A DNA stretch of 64,000 nucleotides, from contig OZ024741.1 of NCBI GenBank assembly GCA_964016885.1, positions 266,290,001-266,354,000 on the forward strand, given 5' to 3'. Shown here piece after piece: positions 13,281 through 24,770 of this stretch (positions within the stretch are counted from its first letter, which is position 1; every line of letters starts with the position of its first letter). The translations under genes and the position numbers were made by a program. The DNA is from Eledone cirrhosa (lineage: Eukaryota). The notes under the pieces were generated by a model, which did not search any database, had not been told where the DNA came from, and was given only the letters and a program-made list of their open reading frames with translations.

Positions 13281-13320
13281 CTTATATGTTAACAAAGTTC
13301 CTTGTTTTGTTTCTTAACAG

Positions 13321-13422
13321 GTTTGCAGTTGTTTGTATTACAGCTAAAGGTAAAGCCCGAAGCCCAGGAAGGGACTGCTTTAAAAGACTTAATCAGAGAC
13401 CCCTATATTTTGGTAGCTGCTG
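13321..13422 (+). CDS. VMAT: VMAT internal exon
   Basis: ttaacag| ... |gtaagt, phase 1-1, 102 bp. Encodes (C)LQLFVLQLKVKPEAQEGTALKDLIRDPYILVAA(G), matching VMAT2 [35 protein letters not shown]. Confidence 0.95.
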
Positions 13423-13465
13423 GTAAGTTGACCCTCGATTTCTCACTGGCTTATGTATTTATTTA

Positions 13466-15497
13466 TGTGTGTGTGTGTCTGTGTGTGTGTGTGGGTGTGT
13501 GTGTGTGTCAGTATGTGTGTGTCTGAGTATGTGTGTGTGTGTCAATGAGAGAGTGTGTGTGTATGTCTGTGTCAGTGTATGTGTATGTGTGTGTGTCAGT
13601 GTGTGTGTGTCAATGAGAGAGTGTGTGTGTGTGTGTGTCTGTGTCAGTGTATGTGTATGTGTGTGTCAGTGTGTGTGTGTCAGTGTACGTATGTCAGTGT
13701 GTGTGTGTCAGTGTACGTGTCAGTGTGTGTATGTCAGTGTGTGTGTGTCAGTGTGTATGTGTGTGTCAGTGTGTGTGTGTATGTGTGTGTGTTTATGTGT
13801 GTGTGTCAGTGTGTGTGTATGTCAGTGTGTGTGTGTGTGTGTGTGTGTCAGTGTGTGTGTCAGTGTGTGTATGTCAGTGTGTGTGTGTATGTGTGTATGT
13901 CAGTGTTTGTATGTCAGTGTGTGTGTGTATGTGTGTATGTCAGTGTGGGTGTTAGTGTGTGTGTGTATGTGTGTGTGTGTGTCTGTCTGTGTGTGTCAGT
14001 GTGTGTGTGTGTAAGTGTGTGTGTCAGCGTGTGTGTGTCTGTCTGTCTGTGTGTGTCAGTGTGTATGTGTCAGTGTGTGTGTGTCAGTATGTGTGTGTGT
14101 ATCTGTCTGTGTATGTTAGTGTGTATGTGTCAGTGTGTGTGTATGTCAGTGTGTGTATGTCAGTGTGTGTGTGTTTGTGTCAGTAAGAGAGTTATGTGTC
14201 TGTGTCAGTGTGTGTGTGTGTCAGTGTGTATATGTCAGTGTGTGTGTGTCAGTGTGTGTGTCTGAGTATATGTGCGTGTGTGTCAGTGAGAGAGTGCGTG
14301 TGTCTGTGTCAGTGTATGTGTATGTCTGTGTCAGTGTGTATGTGTCTGAGTATATGTGTGTGTGTCTGTGTGTGTCTGTGAGTATATGTGCGTGTGTCAA
14401 TGAGAGAGTGTGTGTGTGTGTCTGTGTCAGTGTATGTGTATGTGTGTGTGTCAGTGTGTGTGTGTCAATGGGAGAGTGTGTGTGTGTCTGTGTCAGTGTA
14501 TGTGTATGTGTGTGTGTGTCAGTGTGTGTGTGTCAGTGTGTGTGTGTCAGTGTACGTGTGTCAGTGTGTGTATGTCAGTGTGTGTGTGTCAATGTGTATG
14601 TCAGTGTGTGTGTGTCAGTGTGTGTATGTCAGTGTGTGTGTGTCAGTGTGTATGTGTCAGTGTGTGTATGTCAGTGTGTGTGTCAGTGTGTGTGTGTGTA
14701 TCAGTGTGTGTGTTTATGTGTGTGTTTATGTCAGTGTGTGTATGTCAGTGTGTGTGTGTCAGTGTGTATGTGTCAGTGTGTGTATGTCAGTGTGTGTGTC
14801 AGTGTGTGTGTGTGTATCAGTGTGTGTGTTTATGTGTGTGTTTATGTGTGTGTGTCAGTGTGTGTGTTAGTGTGTGTGTGTTTGTCAGTGTGTGTATGTC
14901 AGTGTGTGTGTGTGTCAGTGTGTGTGTCATTGTGTGTATGTCAGTGTGTGTGTGTATGTGTGTATGTCAGTGTTTGTATGTCAGTGTGTGTGTGTATGTG
15001 TGTATGTCAGTGTGTGTGTGTATGTGTGTGTGTGTCTGTCTGTGTGTGTCAGTGTGTGTGTGTGTAAGTGTGTGTATCAGCGTGTGTGTGTCTGTGTGTG
15101 TGTATGTCTGTGTGTGTCAGTGTGTGTATGTCAGTGTGTGTGTGTGTGTGTGTCTGTCTGTGTGTGTCAGTGTGTGTGTATGTGTCAGTGTGTGTGTGTC
15201 AGTGAGAGAGTGCGTGTGTCTGTGTCAGTGTATGTGTATGTCTGTGTCAGTGTGTATGTGTCTGAGTATATATGTGCGTGTGTCAGTGAGAGAGTGTGTG
15301 TGTGTGTTTCTGCGTCAAAGTGTGTGTGTGTGTGAGTGTATGGGTGAGGGGATGAGCGTATGTGTATGTGTCTCTGTGTGGTGTTGGTGGGGGTGTGAGC
15401 GTGTCTGTGTGAGTGAGTGTGTGTATGTATGTGTCTGTATGTGTGTGGATAGGGGTGTGAGCATGCGTGTGTATGCATGTGTGTGTGCGTGTGTGTT
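13466..15497. repeat. Long (TG)n tract punctuated by TCAG/TATG
   Basis: Direct reading. Confidence 0.95.
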
Positions 15498-15644
15498 ATT
15501 GTTTTGTTTTTCTTGTGTGGAGGGTTATTTCTTTTTTACACAAGTGACCCAGAGAAAAAAAAGAGCTTCATTCAGTCATGACTGAACGAAGCCCCACAAC
15601 ATTACAGTTGTGAGCCCAAAACCCTAACTACTGGGCCTCACCTG

Positions 15645-15997
15645 TCATTGGTACTTTTATTTTATCAACTCCACAAGGATGAAAGACAAAGTTGACCTCA
15701 ACAGGATTTGAACTCTATGTGCAGAGATCCTGAAAAAATACTACAAGGACATTATTTTTTCCCCCTACAATCGCACGACTCTCTCAATTCACCACCTCTA
15801 GAAATAATGATGTGGGGGGAGGAGAAAGTCGATTAAATCGACCCCAGTGCATTACTGGTGCTTTATTTTATTGACCCCATAAAGATGAAAGGCAAAGCTA
15901 ACCTCGACGGGATTTGACCTCAGAATGTAAAGGGCCATAACTCTATGCTACAAAGCATGGTGTCTGACGCTCTACCGATACTACTAATCCACCACCC
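15645..15997 (-). mobile_element. Two adjacent SINE copies
   Basis: Reverse-complement consensus matches. Confidence 0.75.
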
Positions 15998-16029
15998 TAT
16001 CGCCTCTAGTAATAATAACAACAACAGCC

Positions 16030-16730
16030 ACGACAGGCCCTTAATTTCTTATTGAGTCGTAGGGACGCCATAGTTATAATACAGCTTGGCATGGGTACAT
16101 AAACCTGGTGAGGTCCTTCCTTCTCCAGGCCTTAACACAACCTATTTGTTCCAGAGAAGGAGAGAGTGAGAAAGAGATATAGAGGAAGAATCAATCCCTG
16201 TACTTGCCTGGTACTTTATTTATCGACCTCAAAATTGATCCCTGTACTTGTCTGATACTTTATTTATCGACCTCAAAATTGATCCATGTGCTCGCCTGGT
16301 ACCTTATTTCTCGACCTCGAATTTGATCCCTGTACTTGTCTGGTACTTTATTTATCGACCTCGAAATTTATCCCTGTACTTGTCTGGTACTTTATTTATC
16401 GACCTCAAAATTGATCCCTGTACTTGTCTGGTACTTTATTTATCGACCCCGAAATTTTCCCCTGTACTCGCCTGGTACTTTATTTATCGACCTTGAAATG
16501 TATCCCTGTACTTGCCTGGTACTTTATTTATCGACCTCAAATTTGATCCCTGTACTTGTCTGGTACTTTATTTATCGACCCCGAAATTTTCCCCCTGTAC
16601 TCGCCTGGTACTTTATTTATCGACTTCGAACAGGTGTAAAGCTAAGTTGATTTCGGTAGGATTTGAACTCAAAGAGCAGAGCGCCGAAACGAATACCGCA
16701 AAGAATTCTATCTGAGGTTTTACCACCTTA
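16030..16730 (-). mobile_element. SINE with an internal 44-bp tandem amplification (~10 units, 16195-16625)
   Basis: The unit tccctgtacttgtctggtactttatttatcgacctcaaaattga is the SINE central segment. Head at ~16640-16730; tail homologous to ~11860-12172 and ~20070-20340. Confidence 0.8.
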
Positions 16731-17116
16731 ACAACTACTACTACTACTACTACCACCACTACTACCACTACTACTACTACTAATAATAATTCCAATACTA
16801 CCATTACTACTACCACTACCACTACTACTACAGCAACTGTACGAAATATAGCCACTCCCTTCTTCTCACCTCACCCACGACAGACCTAGGCTGTGTAAGC
16901 AATTCCGAAGTAAAGAAAATACCGTTGATATCATTTCTGGCTGATCACATTTCTATTAGAGAACTTAATTCTGTGTTTTTACGGAATAATTTCGCCCAAC
17001 TTTTTACTTATTTATGAGGATTGGTTGGAGTTTGTCGGTTGGATTTTTTTTGTCTTTGTTGATTACGTTTGTTTCATATATATATATGTGTGTTTGTTGT
17101 GCGTGTGTGTGTGTAT

Positions 17117-17185
<69 letters not shown>

Positions 17186-17205
17186 CGTACGTACATACAT
17201 ACATA

Positions 17206-17259
<54 letters not shown>

Positions 17260-17275
17260 CGTACATACATACATA

Positions 17276-17325
<50 letters not shown>

Positions 17326-17395
17326 TATGTATGAAGGTATATGTATATATATAAAGAGTAAAGAGAGAGGGGGAGAGAGAGAAAGAAATTATGTG

Positions 17396-17442
<47 letters not shown>

Positions 17443-17676
17443 GTGAGAGTATCTATGTGTGTTTGTGTGTGTTTTTAGTTGAGTGGAAATTTTCATTGAG
17501 TGTAGTTTTTACTGGTTCATTTAGTTGGTCCATTTGTATAGGGAAATTAGAGAATTGGTAGACTGATTGGTAGAATGGTAGATGGTTGGATGTGGGGTTG
17601 GATTGATTGAGAGATAGAGGGATGGATAGATAGCGAGAGAGAGGAGGGAGAAAGAGACAAACAGACAGACATATAT

Positions 17677-17728
<52 letters not shown>

Positions 17729-18169
17729 TTTCAAACATACGTACATATAGACCTACATATAGGTACATAGTTGGTTAGATAAATAGGTAGATAGATGTGT
17801 GTGCATTATATATAAGACATTCAGATTTAAATAAAAAGAAACGATAGATGAGATAAGTAGAAAAGAACGCAAGAGAAAAATATGCAATAAATAAGATGTA
17901 AACTAGTTTCTATATTTTTTATAGAAGCAATTCACATGGAAAGACAATTACAGTCAACTAATTTAACAAGTTATGATGGCGGCAGAGTGGGCGAGGGAAG
18001 GGGAGATAATTCATGATAGATGAATTGAATAAAGTATCTGTGTCTCGACTGGACTAACGGTTGCCGAGTTCATATCTCGTTACTGGCATACTTTATAACA
18101 ATGTATATAAGCTATGTATAATTAATAAATACCTTAATGTGAAGGTATTGCTTTGTGTTCAATTTATAT

Positions 18170-18432
18170 TTATTAAATGTAAAGGATGCAATGAAGATTA
18201 TATAGGACAAACTAAACTCACACTCAGAAACAGAATGACAGTTCATCGCCAACAATTACGAGATCCAACCACGAGACGGATACCACATCTAGACATTTGC
18301 GCAAGTAATAAGACACCCAAATTCCAAGTCTTCCCATTTTACCTTTGCGCTAACAATACAACAGAACAAATGCGAATAAATAAGGAAAATATGTTTATTC
18401 AAAAATATAGACCAACATTAAATAAGGTTTAA
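18170..18432 (+). pseudogene. Penelope-like element GIY-YIG endonuclease C-terminal fragment
   Basis: IKCKGCNEDYIGQTKLTLRNRMTVHRQQ...HLDIC...KENMFIQKYRPTLN: CxxC, YIG, R..H, E..FI...P.LN. 5'-truncated, no RT. Confidence 0.88.
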
Positions 18433-18913
18433 TATACATTATGTCAACACCACAATATGACATACACACACACACATAACACCTTCTACTTTAGAAAATA
18501 AAAACCCGAACTAAATAAACCTTAACATACGTTTGCACTGGCAATACAACAGCAAACACGAAAAAGTAAGGAAAATATGTTCATTCAAAAATATTCCTAC
18601 TAAAGGAATCACTTTCCTACACACACACATACACACACACACAATATATATATATATATATTCTCTTCATCTTAACATGCTAACCATACTCCCACACACA
18701 TAACACCCATACACACACATAACAACCCCCACACCTACAACTCCCTCCCCATTTCTACTAATAGAACCACTTTCCTACACACATATATATATACACACAC
18801 ACAAAATATATATTCTCTCCATCTTAACATACTCGCACACACACACATAACACCCATATACACACACACACAACTCCCTCCCCAATCTCTACTAATAGAA
18901 TCATCTTCCAATA

Positions 18914-18952
<39 letters not shown>

Positions 18953-19474
18953 ACACACAAGCACACAAATAAACATACATATCTTCAGTCTCAATAGAAA
19001 ATCTGAACTCTGACACCCCGGCGAGCTGGCCATATTCACTGAACCAGAACATTTCTCCCAATCCCTTTTCTCTTGACCACTATCTCTCCATTGTCATAAC
19101 ATTCACTATAAAGACTACAGAATAGTTTTCCAAATAAGGGCGCAAAAATGTAATAAAAACTTGTTCACGTGACAGCCAAATTTCATTTATAACCAACCAA
19201 AAAAAAGCCTTCGTGAGCCTCCTTTTTTCAAGTAAAAAGAAATTCAAACACTCGTATATGAAAAAACAACCTGTGACAACCCCCCCCCCCCCCTCTCTTA
19301 TTTGAAGAACTATTGTAACGCGAACTGGCGCGAAATTTATTATAATTATTGACAAACCAATCAAATTACTTCTCGAAAAACCTGGAATTTCGAGCCACTT
19401 TTTCCATATAAAACAAGTAACATTCAGAGACCAACCAGATGTGAGAAAAACCACAGACCCTCCATCTCAACTCA

Positions 19475-19512
19475 CCTTTTGAAAAGCAGAAGAACTGCGA
19501 AACCGGTAAAGG
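19475..19512 (+). ncRNA. Minimal hammerhead, U3-A8 core variant
   Basis: cctt-TTGAAAA-gcag aagaa ctgc-GAAA-ccgg-TA-aagg. Perfect stems I and II. Confidence 0.78.
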
Positions 19513-19757
19513 AACCAAATAAATATATATATTTTTAAAAAAAATAAGACTTCAGTTGCATTTTCGATTTCATCCCTTTTTCTTTATACTTTCACTCGTG
19601 TAGGACACCTCGGTTATTTTTCATTTTGTAAAAAAAAAAAACCTCACTTTCTAATATATATATATATAGGAAAAGACTCTTTTCTTATTACCCACTTTAC
19701 AAACAACTTAAGTATCGAGTACTCTGGTGTGTTATGGTCTACCTGGTTTCTTACCAC

Positions 19758-19800
<43 letters not shown>

Positions 19801-19875
19801 GTACCCTTGGATATTTCTACCAAACTTTTACTACAGTGTATATATATATATATATATATATCGAACATCCTCTCT

Positions 19876-19943
<68 letters not shown>

Positions 19944-20424
19944 TGTGTGTATACAGTGTAGCGCAGATAAATCCGGAATGGCAACAGCTCTGTAACATCA
20001 CAGCATAATGAGGTTTCAAGAATGCCATTAGAAAGAACTACATCTCAGTAGCTGTCTGGTCATTGACACACATGGTCTCGTAACTCCTAAGGGAGTCGTA
20101 CATGCACCGTGTTAACATACGGTGTATCTAGGGCACTTTTTAAAATCTGACAAAGCCTGTCCCCTCTCCTGGGTCTGAATACACCAGATTTCTTATATAG
20201 AAGGATAGAGAGTTAGAGAATGGAAGTGAGAAAGATATACAGAAGTATCAACGCCAGTACTAGACTGGTACTTTTTTTTTTTATCAATCTCGAATGGATG
20301 AAAGGCAAAGATGATTTCGACGGGATTTGAACTCAGACAACAGAGAGCCCGAACGAATGCCGACGTCCTAACGACAATTCGACCACCCTTGATGTCACAA
20401 TAGACACCATTTATCGCAATGTAA

Positions 20425-20640
20425 GGTGGTGTGTTGGCTGAATCGGTAAAGTGTCAGGACATATCTTGTGGTATTTAGTTGATTAACTTTACGTTCTGGG
20501 TTCGAATCCTACCGACGTAAACTCTACCTTCCGGGGTGAATTAAATAAATTACCAGTCAAATACTAGAACAAAAATATAATCAACTGTTCCCCACCCCGC
20601 CACATTAAAGATTATTGTCATTTACCCACGTTAGAAAAGA
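20425..20640 (+). mobile_element. Diverged tRNA-derived SINE
   Basis: ttggctgaatcggtaaag...gggttcgaatcc A/B boxes and a body similar to the other SINEs. Confidence 0.65.
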
Positions 20641-20671
20641 TTCTTTATCGAAAACTCTGCAGAATAAATAA

Positions 20672-20732
<61 letters not shown>

Positions 20733-20741
<9 letters not shown>

Positions 20742-21349
20742 AATATGGGTGAGAAGAATACTGCTGGTTGCACATGGATAACATGTTATAAAATGAGTCC
20801 CTCATCAGTGATTTACCAAACGATCATGGGTATTTCATCGCATTAAAAATCATATACCTCACGTTGGAGCGATAATAACTAAAATAAGTTATTAGGACAA
20901 TAGAAACGCGTAAAGCGAGTGAGACAAGTAAACAACACAGGGGGAAGCTAACCGAAGATGGAAATAAACACAAGCAACATAGTTATTCTTTCAGCATAAG
21001 CTGTGTGAATATATGCGCGAGTCGAAAACAGACCTTTCGCTAGTGAATCCGGTGTTAGAAAGAAGGAAAACCGTTTTCACAGCGAACGGGAGGAAGAAAG
21101 AAGGGGAGAAACAGGGACTGAGTGAGTGGGAGTGCGAGGAAGAGGTCAGTAGAGAGAAAATGTTAACTGACATGGCAGAGGGGACAAAAGAAATTAAGAG
21201 AAACAGAGAGAACGAGGGAGCAGTAAGAGAGAAAGAGAGAAACACAGAATTGCAGTTTGGGTAAATATATGAAAAATATGGGTGAGAAGAATACTGCTGG
21301 TTGCTCATGGATTACATGTTATATTGGTAAATCACTGATGAGGGACTCA
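20733..21349 (-). mobile_element. ~530-nt non-coding (TA)n-inserted element, copy B, with tail duplication and fold-back
   Basis: Homologous to 21915-22575 and 35489-35950. 21265-21323 repeats 20733-20790; 21324-21349 is an inverted copy of ~20794-20819. Confidence 0.8.
20797..20898 (-). ncRNA. Candidate non-cyclically permuted (pseudoknotted) hammerhead, copy B
   Basis: gtcc taataact..agttatta tcgc t ccaacg tga GGTAT A tgattt ttaat gcga t GAA ATACC catgat cgtttgg t aaatca CTGATGA g ggac. Confidence 0.75.
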
Positions 21350-21373
21350 CTATATATATATATATATATACAC

Positions 21374-21640
21374 ATAACGAAGGAGTTGTGGTAAGGAACC
21401 AGATGGACCATAACGCACCAGAGTACTCAATACTTAGGGTAGTAGAGTGGGTAATAGGAAAATGTATGACCCCGATGGCAGAGCTCAAGCCATTTCGACG
21501 TCTATTTCTGGACTAAATTAGAATTTTTAGCGTGGTAAAAAAAAGGGTATTTTTTTACCACGCTAAAAATTCTAATTTAGTCCAGAAATAGACGTCGAAA
21601 CGGCTTGAGCTCTGCCGTCAGGATCATACACTTTCCTATA
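21374..21640. mobile_element. Fold-back PLE-like 3' fragment carrying the 3' half of a type I HHR
   Basis: Arms 21455-21544 and 21550-21638; gtc-GAAA-cggc-ttgagctct-gccg-TC. Same family at 19670-19762, 22873-23135 and 26750-26950. Confidence 0.78.
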
Positions 21641-21655
21641 TATATATATATATAC

Positions 21656-21760
<105 letters not shown>

Positions 21761-21801
21761 ATATATATAAATATATATATATATAATATATATATATATA
21801 T

Positions 21802-21845
<44 letters not shown>

Positions 21846-21846
21846 T

Positions 21847-21918
<72 letters not shown>

Positions 21919-21970
21919 AGAAAAATGGAGAGCTGCGTGGTTACACATGGGTTACATATGAATAAAATTA

Positions 21971-22072
21971 GTCCTTCATCAGTGATCTTCCAACTTTCAT
22001 TGGTATTTTATCGCTTTAAAAATCATATACCTCTAGTTGGTGCGAGCAATAACTAAATAAAGTTATTGGGAC
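21971..22072 (-). ncRNA. Candidate permuted hammerhead, copy A (G12 mutated to A)
   Basis: gtcc caataact..agttattg c tcgc a ccaact aga GGTAT A tgatttt taaa gcga t AAA ATACC aatgaa agttgg aagatca CTGATGA a ggac. Confidence 0.65.
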
Positions 22073-22474
22073 AAGTAAAATAGGGTGAAACGAGCGAGAC
22101 GTGTAAACAAACAACGATGGTATTGCAACGGAAAGATAGGAAGAGACAAGTACATGATATCTGTAAGCTTAAGTTTGGTGAAATCATGGACGAGAGATAC
22201 AGACCATCCGACATGGGTGAGATGTGAGCGAGAAAAGGATTTCACACAGGTCAAACGGAAGGAAATGAGAGAGGGGGAGAAGAAGAGAGTGAGTGAGTGG
22301 AAGTGTGGGGAAGAGACCATCCGAGAGAGAGTGTGACTGGCAGAGGGGGTAAAAATAAGGTGAGAGATACAGAGAGAGGGGAAGCAGTAAGAAAGAAACA
22401 GACAATCGCAGCTGAGGAAAAAATATAAATATGAGAAAAATTGAGAGCTGCGTGGTTGCACATGGGTTACATAT

Positions 22475-22568
22475 AACTTTATTTAGTTGTTGCTCGCACC
22501 AACTAGAGGTATATGATTTTTAAAGCGATGAAATACCAATGAAAGTTGGAAGATCACTGATGAAGGAC
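22475..22568 (+). ncRNA. Candidate permuted hammerhead, inverted partial copy with intact core
   Basis: GGTAT(22508-12) A tgatttt .. gcgat GAA ATACC(22533-37) .. aagatca CTGATGA(22557-63) aggac. Lacks the 5' gtcc strand. Confidence 0.65.
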
Positions 22569-22599
<31 letters not shown>

Positions 22600-22872
22600 T
22601 AAAATAACAGATTAAAGTTTAAGCAAAGAATCGCTGCTTTCACCCTTAACGGGATCTTGGACTAGAACTATTTCATTCGTGAGAAATAATCAGGAAGCTG
22701 ACTGTCCAAGTAATATGGCGGTATTTATATATTTTCTGGTGGTAGGAGAGGGTGGTGATTGGGATGGGTGGAGGTCATTCGTTGAGGGGTTTTTCTATAT
22801 TAAATATTTATACTCTGCCTTGTATTTACTGTGGTTACCCTCGATTGAACCCGGATAAACTTATATATATAT

Positions 22873-23130
22873 ATAACGAAGGAGATGTGGTAAAGAACCA
22901 GATGGACCATAACACACCAGAGTACTCAATACTTAGGGAAGTAGAGGGGGTAATAGGAAAAAGTATGACCCCGACGGCTATTTTTGGACTAGACACAACA
23001 GATTCCTACAACAACTCCATAGCAAAATAACATGGTATGAAAACACCAACGACATCATGGTGCACTCGAACAAAACTAGTCCAGAAATAGCCGTCGAAAC
23101 GGCTTGAGCTCTGCTGTCGGGGTCATACTT

Positions 23131-23135
<5 letters not shown>
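22873..23135. mobile_element. Fold-back PLE-like 3' fragment (family of 21374-21640)
   Basis: Sequence homology; flanked by (TA)n. Confidence 0.75.
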
Positions 23136-23193
<58 letters not shown>

Positions 23194-23199
<6 letters not shown>

Positions 23200-23766
23200 C
23201 AAGAAGTATAAGTTAACATTTCATAATTTACTTCTTTCATTACTGTTAAATTTCTGTGATAGCCGCAATTCAACAACTATGACCTCTTCATACAGGTAGA
23301 AGCAGCACAGAAAACATTTTTTTTTTTTTTTTTTTTTTTTCTTGGAGGAAAAATAATTGTTTCTACTTTTGGCACAAGGCCAGCAATTACCCAGTGCATT
23401 GCTGGTACTTTATTTTATCGACCCCGTAAGGATGAAAGGCAAAGTCAACCTCGGCGGGATTTGAACTCAGATCGTAAAGGGACGTAACTATGCTGGAAAG
23501 CATGGTGTCAAACCCTCTACCGATACTGCCAATCCACCGCAATTTTCTTGGAGGAAAAATAATTGTTTCTACTTTTGGCACAAGGCCATCAATTACCCAG
23601 TACATTACTGGTACTTTATTTTATCGACCCCGTTTTTTACTTCCTATGTGTTGCTTCTAACTGTCGGAAGAGGTCATAGATGTTGGATTGCAACTATCAC
23701 CGAAATATATATAACTGTAATGAAAGAAGTAAATTATGAAATGTTTCCTTATACTTCTTGTTTATA
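23194..23766. mobile_element. Old fold-back element (arms ~23194-23312 and ~23642-23766) with a degenerate HHR in each arm, interrupted by SINEs (23352-23632, -)
   Basis: Arms are reverse complementary. Their consensus restores ctgt-CTGAAGA-ggtcatag..ctatcacc-GAAA-tatata-TA-acag. Confidence 0.7.
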
Positions 23767-24293
23767 AATTTTCTCCGGAGTTAACAGACTCTGTTGTGGC
23801 TTTCGTTGTTCTACCCTCCATGCTGAAGTGTTGGTGTTAAACTAACACATAATCTGATTAATATGTGTGCAAAGTAACTTTAACAGACAAACTTTAAAAA
23901 CACACACACAACAACCCCACACATATACACACACGTATTTATGCATACACATACGCGCACACTCACATGTGTGTACTGTTGTATATACACCCTCACACTC
24001 TCTCTATACATGTGTGTGTGTATGTGTGTGTGGGGGGGGGGGGGTATGTACACGTAGCAACCTACCACAGTGTTCAGCTCTTACAACCCCCTATTCCCTT
24101 TTGAACTATTGACCACTAGATTAAACAATACAGTCACAGCATATTTTTCACATCAACAAAACAACTTGTTCTCATTCCCAACCAACTTTTCAGGAAGCAT
24201 GATGGAAGAAATTTTACTCCAACATTCGATTTTGATTTTAATTTTAAATCTTTATTTACTCCTACCAACTCTTTTTAATTAACTTTTTTCACT

Positions 24294-24336
24294 GAATTTG
24301 ACAAGAGGGTTCTTAATACTTCGAAACCGGTAATTT
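24294..24336 (+). ncRNA. Minimal hammerhead, U3-A8 variant
   Basis: gaat-TTGACAA-gagggt..acttc-GAAA-ccgg-TA-attt. Confidence 0.6.
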
Positions 24337-24424
24337 TCTCATATACTTTATATACTTCATACAAAAAAATTTTTTAAAGAATTGTCCCTCTTTTTTTTAA
24401 TAACATTATCTTTTTAATAACATG

Positions 24425-24611
24425 GCAGTGGATTGGCAGTATCGGTAGAGGGTCGGACGCCATGCTTTCCAGCATAGTTACGTCCCTTTACGATCTGAGT
24501 TCAAATCCCGCCGAGGTTGACTTTGCCTTTCATCCTTACGGGGTCGATAAAATAAAGTACCAGTAATGCACTGGGTAATTGGTGGCCTTGTGCCTAAAGT
24601 AGAAACAATTA
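24425..24611 (+). mobile_element. tRNA-derived SINE
   Basis: Consensus match. Confidence 0.9.
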
Positions 24612-24714
24612 TCTTTTTAATAACATTATCATTTTAATAATGTCACTTTGACGAATCAAAAAAGAAAAACAGACCCTTAAATATATCTCCCGTGCTATTT
24701 CCAACTTCATCTTT

Positions 24715-24764
<50 letters not shown>

Positions 24765-24770
<6 letters not shown>

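Larger units (their letters stand above)
18170..19652 (+). mobile_element. 5'-truncated Penelope-like retroelement (EN + 3' UTR + HHR) ending at (TA)n
   Basis: GIY-YIG fragment followed by a CA-rich UTR and an HHR at 19475. That all of this is a single element is an inference. Confidence 0.65.
21915..22575 (-). mobile_element. ~510-nt non-coding (TA)n-inserted element, copy A, with tail duplication and fold-back
   Basis: 22431-22474 repeats 21915-21959; 22475-22577 is an inverted copy of ~21962-22064. Confidence 0.82.

Noticed and set aside
20797-20815. Box C/D snoRNA reading of the conserved CTGATGA
   Set aside because: The motif is at the 3' end of the domain, has no partner box arrangement, and is fully explained by the hammerhead core with paired stems.
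22630-22700. Possible decayed minus-strand hammerhead(s) (CTGATTA..GAAA..GTC)
   Set aside because: Core and stem I mismatches; too degenerate to call.
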